Below, one piece after another: positions 36,562 to 44,046 of a stretch of DNA of 64,000 nt. Under the pieces are notes generated by a model, which saw only the letters and a program-made list of their open reading frames with translations, had not been told where the DNA came from and did not search any database. The stretch's first letter is position 1. Each line of letters begins with the position of its first letter. Source of the DNA: an uncultured Acidimicrobiales bacterium (GTDB lineage: Bacteria > Actinomycetota > Acidimicrobiia > Acidimicrobiales > SZUA-35). Location of the stretch: contig CAVOQQ010000006.1 of NCBI GenBank assembly GCA_963698395.1, positions 482,098 through 546,097 of the forward strand, in the 5' to 3' direction. The position numbers and the translations under genes are program-made.

Positions 36562-37527
36562 TCAGGGGCCGCGAAACGTTCGAGTGGGCGACGCGGTGTG
36601 GCGGGCGCCGACGATCGCGCGCGCCCGGCGACGGATGAACTCGACGCCGTCCTCGAGGTGGTAGAGCGGGAGGACGGCGAAGCCGAGTCCGTTGTAGGAG
36701 AAGAAGACGAACATCGTGGTGAGCGTCCCCAGGTGGAAGAGCAACACGCTGGGCACCCAGACCCGGCGGAACCAGCCACCGAGCAAGGCGAGCGGCGCAA
36801 GCAGTTCGATGCCGAGGCTGGCGAGCGCCATCGGCTGGATGAGCCAGTCGTTGCGGATCACGAGGGCCGAGAGGGGCGGCCGCGGTTCGCCGAGGAGATC
36901 GAGACGGGTGGCCGAGTAGCCGATGTGATTGGCCAGGGTCGTGCCATCGGCCCACGTCCAGCCGCTGACACGGATCTTGGCCACCGCCGCCAGCATGTAG
37001 GTCACGACGGTGATGATGGCGAGCAGCCGAATCGGCCAGCCGTAGCAGACGGCCGAGGGCCGATCGGTCGGGCCCCGTCGCCGGGCGTCCCAGCTCAGTG
37101 CGTCGGCGGCGGGGGAGAAGCCGAGCACCAACAGGTGCAGGGTCACGAGGTGTTCGAAGTGCAGCATCTGACCCCATGACGCGTGGTAGGTCGCCCACGC
37201 CAAGGTGGCGAGCGCGAAGACCGGTCCGGCAACGCGATAGGCGGCTCCGGCGACGAAGCCCGCCCCGCTGAGGATCGAGACGGCGAACAACGCCCACACG
37301 ATCGACGCAGCGACCGGACCATCGAGGAAGCCGGCGAGCCCGACCGGTTCGAACTCGTTCGCCGGCCGATCCGCAAGGCGTGCGAACTCACCGGTGCTGA
37401 TGAACACGTTGACGAAGGCGTAGCCACCCATGGCGACACGGAGCAACGCCAGGCGCTGCGCAGGTGCAGGGGCGAGAACCCATTGATCGACTCGTCGGGC
37501 GATCGAGGCAGCCGAGGAGCGCATCAT
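36562..37527 (-). CDS. HTTM-like (vitamin-K-carboxylase-related) polytopic membrane protein
   Basis: The N-terminal pattern LAPAPAQRLALLRVAMGGYAFVNVF is followed by 7 or more hydrophobic helices. ATG 37527 overlaps the upstream stop (ATGA). Family assignment is from memory of the HTTM N-terminal pattern. Confidence 0.5.
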   Translation of the reverse strand: MMRSSAASIARRVDQWVLAPAPAQRLALLRVAMGGYAFVNVFISTGEFARLADRPANEFEPVGLAGFLDGPVAASIVWALFAVSILSGAGFVAGAAYRVAGPVFALATLAWATYHASWGQMLHFEHLVTLHLLVLGFSPAADALSWDARRRGPTDRPSAVCYGWPIRLLAIITVVTYMLAAVAKIRVSGWTWADGTTLANHIGYSATRLDLLGEPRPPLSALVIRNDWLIQPMALASLGIELLAPLALLGGWFRRVWVPSVLLFHLGTLTTMFVFFSYNGLGFAVLPLYHLEDGVEFIRRRARAIVGARHTASPTRTFRGP

Positions 37528-38000
37528 CGCGTGACCTCGCACGACGCATGTACCTCGCGTTCGAGGAGCGACGCATCGCCGTTCAGTCGGGCGATCGTGT
37601 CGTGGCGTTCGGTGGCGATCTCCACGGCGGCGAGCTCGGGGTCGACCCGTTCGGCGATCTCGACGCAGATGCGAGCGGCGTCGCCGCGCCGGACGGCGTC
37701 GTTGAGAAACGACTGGGCGATCAGCCGATCACGGCTTCCTGCGATGGTCAGTGCCGAAAGGGTCGACGCCTGTCGGTCTTGGTCGACCGCGGTGGCGGTG
37801 ACGTAGCTGCTCACGTTGGTTCGTGTGCTCGAGTACATCGGATAGGTCGAGAGCGGCAGGCTGTCTTGGTCGCGAATGGCGGGTGAAACGAGGGCAGCGA
37901 CGAGGCCGAGGGTGACGAGCCGGCGGATCCACGACGACCATGCGGACGGTTCGGCTGTTTGCTTGACGCTCGGTTGCTGATCGACTGGTCGGTGGTTCAT
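37524..38000 (-). CDS. Membrane-anchored hypothetical protein (partner of the HTTM-like gene)
   Basis: 158 aa with one N-terminal TM (WIRRLVTLGLVAALVSPAI) and a ~110-aa extracytoplasmic domain. It is translationally coupled to the downstream gene. Confidence 0.5.
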   Translation of the reverse strand: MNHRPVDQQPSVKQTAEPSAWSSWIRRLVTLGLVAALVSPAIRDQDSLPLSTYPMYSSTRTNVSSYVTATAVDQDRQASTLSALTIAGSRDRLIAQSFLNDAVRRGDAARICVEIAERVDPELAAVEIATERHDTIARLNGDASLLEREVHASCEVTR

Positions 38001-38082
38001 CTCGGCTCGGTTCCGCTGAATCGGTCGCGTAAATACACCTTCTTGAATGGGCCTATTGTAGATTCTGTGTTAGTTTCTGGCG

Positions 38083-38967
38083 ATGCAGCGCTTTCGGAAA
38101 ATACTGATCGTGCCCATCACCAACGGACCGGAGGCTCCTCCCGGGCTCTTCGAAGCTGTCGAGTTGGCAGAACGATCCGGTGCGCAACTCTCCATGCTGG
38201 CACACCTCGACAGTCAGCCCGAAGCGTTGCTCGGCGAACGACACGGCGAGCTGTTGTCGACCCTGAAGCGGCTGAGCCGCGAAGCCGCCATCGCTCGCCT
38301 GGCGGGCTGGGCGGCTCTCGCCGGCCGTCCCGAGATCGACACGGAGGTCGTCGGTGGATCGCTTCACCGGGGTGTGCACGACGCCGTCGAGGCAGCCGGC
38401 CACGACCTGGTGATCATCGCCACCGACGGCACGGGCGTCGCCAACACGTCGGCCAGAAGGATCGTCGATGCGTGCCACTGCCCGGTCTGGTTGCTGCGTC
38501 CGGGGTTTCGTGGTGCCAGCGTGCTTGCCGCGGTCGATCCGTCCCACGATCGCGAACACAATGCCCGCATCCTGGAACTGGCCCGATCACAGGCCGAGGT
38601 GCACGGGGGGTCCCTTCGGGTCATGCACGCCTGGCGCTTCTTCGGCGCCGATCTCCTGGCCGGTACGTCCATCGCCGGCGTCAGCACCGAGCAACTGGCG
38701 GCCCTGGCCGACGAGGTCGAGGCGGCGCACCGCGACTGGCTGGACGATCTGGCGGGTGGCGCCGATCTGCCCGCCGGGACCACCGTGCATCTCATCGACG
38801 GACCGCCGGTGACGGCCATCGAGGGTCTGGCGGTGCTGTACGGTGTCGATCTCGTCGTGCTCGGCGCCGGCAGGAGTCGATCCGACCGTGCAGCGATCGG
38901 ATCGACGACCGACGGTGCACTCTCTGATCTCCGCTACTCGACCCTGGCCGTCAGCCCACCGGCGTAG
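38083..38967 (+). CDS. Universal stress protein, tandem Usp domains
   Basis: 294 aa; two halves each begin with an (K)ILIVP/VLAAVD-type strand and end with G(S/A)xxxxxxGS-type ATP-loop remnants (VVLGAGRSRSDRAAIGSTTD). An AT-rich putative promoter region lies at 38010-38080. Confidence 0.75.
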   Translation: MQRFRKILIVPITNGPEAPPGLFEAVELAERSGAQLSMLAHLDSQPEALLGERHGELLSTLKRLSREAAIARLAGWAALAGRPEIDTEVVGGSLHRGVHDAVEAAGHDLVIIATDGTGVANTSARRIVDACHCPVWLLRPGFRGASVLAAVDPSHDREHNARILELARSQAEVHGGSLRVMHAWRFFGADLLAGTSIAGVSTEQLAALADEVEAAHRDWLDDLAGGADLPAGTTVHLIDGPPVTAIEGLAVLYGVDLVVLGAGRSRSDRAAIGSTTDGALSDLRYSTLAVSPPA

Positions 38968-39018
38968 CCGGCATCACACGCTGAACACCCAACCGCCAAC
39001 GACGGCGGGATGGGTCGG

Positions 39019-39531
39019 TCACGAAGGGGTGGGGACGAACAGGAGCTCCATCGCCTCGGGCTCGAGCCCGAGCGCGATGAGCTGTTTGGAGTAGCCGATG
39101 AAGCAGCCGATGGCGTAGGTCAACTCGACGAGTTGGGCGTTGTCGAAGTGGGCCCGCAACCGGGCCTCGAGTTCTGCCTCGGGCGCATGCCCGCCGCTGA
39201 GCAGCACATCGGCCCACGCCAGGGCTGCCTTGTAGTGCTCGGGCAGATCGCTGTTCTGATGGTCGTCATCGATCTCGGTGACCAGGGCTTCACTGAGTCC
39301 GGCCTCACGGGCCGCGATGAATCGGACCTGTCGTCACAATCCGCAGTCGGTGATCCGAGCATTGCGAAGGCGGACGAGTTCCTTGACGTCTTCGCCCACG
39401 GTTCCGCCGGTCCACAGGGTGGCATAGAGACGGTCGAAGCATTCCCGGAGCTCCGGTGCGTGCGACCACGTCGAACGGATCGAGGCAGCGGTGCCCGGTG
39501 TTGGTGCAGGTAATCGGGGAGTGGTGGTCAT
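39019..39531 (-). CDS. Carboxymuconolactone decarboxylase/AhpD-like family protein with one in-frame TGA (39336-39334) at the second Cys position of CxxC: candidate selenoprotein or nonsense allele
   Basis: Track ORFs 39334..39531 and 39019..39207 are in the same frame. My translation is ...KELVRLRNARITDCGL[TGA]RQVRFIAAREAGLSEALVTEIDDDHQNSDLPEHYKAALAWADVLLSGGHAPEAELE.... The total is 170 codons with this one stop only. Confidence 0.6.
39296..39328 (-). other. Hairpin 8 nt downstream of the in-frame UGA (candidate bacterial SECIS)
   Basis: The lower stem is GGUCCG (39328-39323) paired with CGGACU (39301-39296), with G-U closing. The upper stem is UCA(U)CG / CGUGA. The apical loop CGGCC (39314-39310) carries GG about 21 nt after the UGA. 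Confidence 0.35.
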
Positions 39532-40031
39532 CAGAGCGACTCCGTCTTCGGTGCGCTCGCCGGCGCCGTATCGAGCAGCGAATTGTCAAAGCGATGCATG
39601 AGTTCCCATAGGGCCAGGGCAGTGGTGAGGGTGACGACGCCATCGGCTCCAACCGCGGCAGTGACCCGGTCGACCATCTCGTCGGTCACGCCGTGCACAT
39701 CGAGTACGTACTGTTCGGAGAGTGCGATGCAGGCTCGATCGGTTTCGCTGAATCGTTCATCGGTCGGCCACGCCGCAAGGGCGGCGATGGTCGCCTCGTC
39801 GAGGTCGTCGATTCCAGCGGTCCGTTCGGCGAGCCCAGTCTGATTGCGGAGCAGCTTCGCTGTTCGGAGGCGGCACAGCTCGAGCGTTCGGAGGGCGACC
39901 GGGCCGGCCCAGATGGCATCGACGACACGGTGATGATCGGCAGCGAGCGGCGGCCGAAGTTGGAGCAGGCTGTCCCGGCTGGCAGCGTCGCCGGTGATCC
40001 AGCTCATGGGGTTCGACTGATCGGTGTCCAC
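39531..40031 (-). CDS. Carboxymuconolactone decarboxylase/AhpD-like family protein (paralogue lacking CxxC)
   Basis: 166 aa; LELCRLRTAKLLRNQTGLAERTAG aligns with the CxxC region of its neighbour but has no Cys pair. Its stop overlaps the next start (TGATG at 39533-39529). Confidence 0.65.
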   Translation of the reverse strand: MDTDQSNPMSWITGDAASRDSLLQLRPPLAADHHRVVDAIWAGPVALRTLELCRLRTAKLLRNQTGLAERTAGIDDLDEATIAALAAWPTDERFSETDRACIALSEQYVLDVHGVTDEMVDRVTAAVGADGVVTLTTALALWELMHRFDNSLLDTAPASAPKTESL

Positions 40032-40059
40032 CCGATGACCGTAGTCTGGCGGTGCGAAG

Positions 40060-40380
40060 CTAGTAGCGGTCGTTCGACTTCTTCTTCGGCGGAACCTTGA
40101 ACGGCGCCTCGATCAGGGATTCGAATCGAGCGTCATCGGGCTGCTTCGGCTCGTTGAGGTTGCGAAGGAAGTCCTTGAGTGCGGCGCGAGCGGTTGCGAC
40201 GTGGTCGCCCTTGATGCCGACCGAACGGCTGAGGGCATCCTTCGCCTTCTCGACGCGTTCCTTGCGGACGGCCTTCTCGGCGTCGGTACGCACGACGGTC
40301 TTCTTGTTCTTCTTTGCTTCCTCGGCCGCGATCCGGCGAGCTTCTGACTCTTGCAGCGAAGTGAGCTTGTTTGCGGCCAT
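40060..40380 (-). CDS. Small Lys/Glu-rich helical protein (hypothetical)
   Basis: 106 aa. AGGAGA lies upstream of ATG 40380. I recognise no family. Confidence 0.5.
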   Translation of the reverse strand: MAANKLTSLQESEARRIAAEEAKKNKKTVVRTDAEKAVRKERVEKAKDALSRSVGIKGDHVATARAALKDFLRNLNEPKQPDDARFESLIEAPFKVPPKKKSNDRY

Positions 40381-40507
40381 ATCGTCGGATCTCCTGGAGG
40401 TCGGGGGGCGAAGCCTATCGGTTGCCGTCCTCCGACCAGGACGATCGATGAGCAGTGCTCCCTAGCACCCCGATGCCGTCGCCCCGTCTGCTGAGGATTT
40501 TCGCTCT

Positions 40508-42547
40508 GTGAGCGACGGTCAGCGGCCCGTACTCTCCGTCATCGTGGGCAACCTGAACCAGGACCAGACCGGCGACCTCGATTCGGGCGTACAACTTCGA
40601 CATGAGGCCGGCCTCACGGCCGGTCTGATCATGCCGCTCGGCACCGGGTCGTTTCAGTTCGGGCCGCAACACACCGCCTCGGAGGGTCTGGGATCCGGAG
40701 AACCCGAAGCAACGAGCTTCCAACTGACGGTCGAAGGAGCAGACCGGATCTTCGCCGCCCGCGGTGACGAGCCGCTTGCCGTCGAGGGAACGCCCGTCCT
40801 CGATCGCGTGCAGGTGCGTCCAGGCGAAGTCCTGCAACTTGCGACCGACCATTTCATGGTCGACAGCACGGCAAGCACAAAGGACACATCGCCGCCAACC
40901 CAGCTTCGGGTGCCGCCCCTGCCGAAGGTCAACGACGCCGGTGAGCAACGCTGGGGCCTGCTCCTGGGGTTGGTGGCCGTCATCGGGCTCGCCCTCGTCC
41001 TTGCTCTTGCCGGAGTCGGGATCGTCAGGCTCGCCATCGTCGTCGTTCTGGGGCTCTCCATCGTCGCCGTCGCTCGGTACCTGCTTTCGAAGCGAGCCGA
41101 CGAGAAGCGAAGGGAGCAACGTGCCATCGTCACCGAATCGTTCACGACAGACCTGCGGGCTGCCCGATCCGCAGCCGCTCGGGAGCTTCGCCACGCCCAT
41201 CCTGGGCCGGCAGGCGTCTCGGATCTTGCCGCCGGCCGGCGGTCGCTCGTCGGCGCGTTCGACGGCCAGGTGTCGATTGCCTCCGGCGACCTCGGCTGGC
41301 AGCCACGCATCGACGACGGAGCCACTGCCGGCTGGAACCACGACGCCATCGTCACCCAGCACGACTTCCTGCCCGCCGTCCCGTTCACCGTCGATATCGA
41401 TCATGACACGATCGGGATCGTCGGGAACCGGCGGTCGGTGCTTGCGGTTGCCCGTCACTTGTTGACGGCCACGATGGTTCAGGCCGATCGCTCCGAGCTT
41501 CGCATCACCATTTCGGCCGCCGATGATCGCCAGGCCGACTGGGCCTGGTTGGACGGCTTTTGCTCGGCCGGCCGGTGGACCCACGAGATCAACGTGTTCG
41601 ATGGGGTCGTGCCGCCGCGGAGCGGGCCCGGCTTCGTCATCCTCGCCGAGGCGGACGACGAGCTGGTCGTCGACTGTGGAACCACACTGATCGTTCGTGA
41701 CGATGGTGTCGCGATGGCCGAGACCCAGAGTGGATCGGCAACGGGCCTGGTACCTCACGGCATCACCGAGACCCACGCCCAGTCGATCGTGGCCGCTCTG
41801 GCAGAGGTCACACAGAAAGACGCAGCCATCGGTGACACCCCGCCGGTCGTCGTGCCGCCCGACGATCATGCGCCGATTGCTCCGCTGACCGAGATGCCCG
41901 CCGATGCTCCCACCATCGACCTCACACCCGAGCGTCGTGCGAGTGCGGGTGTCGCGCAGCGCCTGATGGTGGTCGGGGAGCCAGGAGAAGATGTCGTATC
42001 GCTCGTTGCCTCTGCCGTTCTGGATCATGCAAGCGAGCACCCCGACCGGCCCATGTTCGTGCTCGATCGCGGCGACCGGTCACTGATCCGTTTGGCCCAA
42101 TTGCCGTCATGTCACGGCTATGCGGCCATCGATGACGTTCCGGCAGCGACCGAGATGATGGAGCGGTTGGAGGAGTTCGTGGCGTCGGGCCGGGAGATCC
42201 CTGCGCTGCTGGTCGTCTCCGATCTCGGTCGAGCACTCGAGTTCTACCGTCGAGCCGGATTGGCTGACCCGCTTGGGCGTCTCGAATCGCTGCTCGACCA
42301 ACGCTCGCGACTCGTGTGCGCCACTGCCTCGACTCGCCCCGGAACCGAGGGACTCGAGCAACTGGTTCATCGTTTTCCTGTGTTCGTGTTTGCCTCTGCC
42401 GACGATCAAGGCGCGGCCGAAGGGCTTCTCGTCCTCGACTCGAGCGGCGAGCACCGCGTGCACGATTTCTCCGTCGCCGGTCTCGATCTGACCGACAAGG
42501 TTGCGAGGATGACCTTCGCATCCTCGAACGCACGAAGGGCATCATGA
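40508..42547 (+). CDS. Hypothetical membrane protein with FHA-like N-terminus, two TM helices and two P-loop-like domains with degenerate Walker A (FtsK/EssC-like architecture)
   Basis: 679 aa from a GTG start. The N-terminus FQLTVEGADRIFAARGDEPLAVEGTPVLDRVQVRPGEVLQLATDHFMV resembles the C-terminal half of an FHA fold. The TM pair is WGLLLGLVAVIGLALVLALAG / LAIVVVLGLSIVAVARYLL. IGIVGNRRSVLAVARHLL and RLMVVGEPGEDVVSLVASAVL sit where GxxGxGKS/T would be. Confidence 0.45.
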   Translation: MSDGQRPVLSVIVGNLNQDQTGDLDSGVQLRHEAGLTAGLIMPLGTGSFQFGPQHTASEGLGSGEPEATSFQLTVEGADRIFAARGDEPLAVEGTPVLDRVQVRPGEVLQLATDHFMVDSTASTKDTSPPTQLRVPPLPKVNDAGEQRWGLLLGLVAVIGLALVLALAGVGIVRLAIVVVLGLSIVAVARYLLSKRADEKRREQRAIVTESFTTDLRAARSAAARELRHAHPGPAGVSDLAAGRRSLVGAFDGQVSIASGDLGWQPRIDDGATAGWNHDAIVTQHDFLPAVPFTVDIDHDTIGIVGNRRSVLAVARHLLTATMVQADRSELRITISAADDRQADWAWLDGFCSAGRWTHEINVFDGVVPPRSGPGFVILAEADDELVVDCGTTLIVRDDGVAMAETQSGSATGLVPHGITETHAQSIVAALAEVTQKDAAIGDTPPVVVPPDDHAPIAPLTEMPADAPTIDLTPERRASAGVAQRLMVVGEPGEDVVSLVASAVLDHASEHPDRPMFVLDRGDRSLIRLAQLPSCHGYAAIDDVPAATEMMERLEEFVASGREIPALLVVSDLGRALEFYRRAGLADPLGRLESLLDQRSRLVCATASTRPGTEGLEQLVHRFPVFVFASADDQGAAEGLLVLDSSGEHRVHDFSVAGLDLTDKVARMTFASSNARRAS

Positions 42548-43443
42548 ATCAGCCACCAACCTGGGCAGCTCGGTCACTTCCCGAAGGAGGAGACCCCGGT
42601 CCTGTCACACCCAAGAACGACGAGCCGAAGCGGTCACTGCTCCTTCCCGTCCTCGGCGCAGGGGCACTCGCTCTGCTGGTCGGCGCTGCGGGATTCGCCA
42701 TCGGTCGTGGCGACAACGGCAACGATGCGGCCGCCACCGGTGACGAGATCACGACGACGAGCGACTCGTCGGCGACACCCGCCACGACGACCACCACTGC
42801 CTCACCAACGACGACCGAAGCACCGACCACGACCCAGGCGCCGACCACGACCGAAGCACCGACCACGACGCAAGCGCCAACCACACTGCCCGACGCAGCT
42901 GATGAGGCCGGCGCGCAGGAGGTCGATACCGAACGGCGTGCGGTGCTGAAAGGGGGCAAGCTGTATTTGCGTGGTCGCATCCCCAGCGAGGAAATCGCGG
43001 CTGCCATCGTCGAACGGGCTGCTGCCGTTGTCGGAGCCGACAACGTCGTCGACGAATATGTCATCGACCCCGCGGCGGCGTTCCCCGAAAGCGCACCCCT
43101 CTATGTCGAAGACCTCGTGCTGTTCGCCTACGGCTCGGATCAGATCAATCCTGCCTTCGTTCCGCTGCTCGACCTCGGAACGGCTCTGCTGTCCCAGAAT
43201 CCCCAGGTGATCATCACCATCGTCAGCCACACCGATGCCGACGGCTCCGAAGAGTTCAACCTCGATCTCTCCGAACGGCGAGGCGCGGCGGTCAAGAAGT
43301 ACTGGACCGATCTCGGGATCGATCCCGACCAGATCGTCATCGAGGCCCGCGGCGAGTCGTCGCCGATCGGCGACAACGACACCGACGAGGGCGCTCAGCT
43401 GAACCGTCGTGCCGAGTTCGTGATCGCGAATCTCCTGGGATAG
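42544..43443 (+). CDS. OmpA/MotB-family peptidoglycan-binding protein with N-terminal TM anchor and Thr/Pro-rich linker
   Basis: ATG 42544 overlaps the upstream stop (ATGA). The TM is LLLPVLGAGALALLVGAAGFAIG. The OmpA_C signature is SHTDADGSEEFNLDLSERRGAAVKKYW...NRRAEFV. Confidence 0.8.
   Translation: MNQPPTWAARSLPEGGDPGPVTPKNDEPKRSLLLPVLGAGALALLVGAAGFAIGRGDNGNDAAATGDEITTTSDSSATPATTTTTASPTTTEAPTTTQAPTTTEAPTTTQAPTTLPDAADEAGAQEVDTERRAVLKGGKLYLRGRIPSEEIAAAIVERAAAVVGADNVVDEYVIDPAAAFPESAPLYVEDLVLFAYGSDQINPAFVPLLDLGTALLSQNPQVIITIVSHTDADGSEEFNLDLSERRGAAVKKYWTDLGIDPDQIVIEARGESSPIGDNDTDEGAQLNRRAEFVIANLLG
42811..42882 (+). repeat. 2 x 36-bp in-frame tandem repeat (TTEAPTTTQAPT) in the OmpA-like linker
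   Basis: acgaccgaagcaccgaccacgacccaggcgccgacc / acgaccgaagcaccgaccacgacgcaagcgccaacc, identical at 33 of 36 positions. Confidence 0.9.
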
Positions 43444-43459
43444 GACACGACGACGTCGC

Positions 43460-43906
43460 TCAGCTTCCGCCGATGTCGACGTTGTAGCCGTCGTAGACCA
43501 GGTCCGATCCCCGCTGGCGATGTCGAGCGACCGCAGCCAACGTCTCGAGGACCCCGGACCGCAGGTCGATCACGTCTTCGCGGTCTCGCACATCCACGAT
43601 GTTCTGCTCGATTCGATGAGTCAGCTCGCCATGCTCGGTGCGCATGCTCTCGATCTGATTGGCCAATCGGGGAGCCTCGGTCAAGATCTCGTGGAGGAGG
43701 CCGTCCTCGGCTTCGACCTCGTCGATGTGTTCGAGCAGAGCCTGTCTGAGCTTCTCCAATTCCTCGAGGAGTCGGTCTCGCCAACCTGCTGCCGCTGACG
43801 GCGACGCAGCGACTCGCTCGACCTGCGAGAGCGCTTCCTTCAGTTCGATCCTCTTCGCCGCTGCCGCTTCGAGGGCGTCGGTCCGGCTCTTGCTCTGATC
43901 ACTCAT
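43460..43906 (-). CDS. Coiled-coil hypothetical protein
   Basis: ATG 43906, preceded by GGAGGTG. 148 aa, helical and Glu/Leu/Arg-rich (…LLEHIDEVEAEDGLLHEILTEAPRLANQIESMRTEHGELTHRI…). The upstream part of the 273-aa track ORF is Arg-rich noise. Confidence 0.55.
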   Translation of the reverse strand: MSDQSKSRTDALEAAAAKRIELKEALSQVERVAASPSAAAGWRDRLLEELEKLRQALLEHIDEVEAEDGLLHEILTEAPRLANQIESMRTEHGELTHRIEQNIVDVRDREDVIDLRSGVLETLAAVARHRQRGSDLVYDGYNVDIGGS

Positions 43907-44046
43907 GTTGTGCACCTCCGGCAATAGCTTCTCGCGTTCGATCGACCGCCGCCACGGGCCAAGGTCATCTGCACACCCACCAGGGATGATGTCGAAGGTT
44001 CTCGGTTGTGCTGATGTATTCACAGGGACCGAAGGAGAACGAACAG

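Noticed and set aside
38010-38080. Specific -35/-10 assignment in the AT-rich Usp/HTTM-operon divergent region (TTGAAT at 38043-38048, TAGATT at 38059-38064, TAGTTT at 38073-38078)
   Set aside because: The candidate hexamers have spacings of 10 or 24 nt, which do not fit a sigma-70 promoter. I therefore note only that the region is AT-rich and probably holds promoters, and call no feature.
40508-42547. Calling this gene a type VII secretion ATPase (EccC/EssC) or a DNA translocase (FtsK/SpoIIIE)
   Set aside because: Both putative P-loops lack the invariant Lys/Ser-Thr, there are only two NTPase-like domains, and no WXG100-size substrate with a WxG motif or other T7SS components are adjacent. 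The 106-aa neighbour has no central WxG. I kept it as an architecture-level resemblance only.
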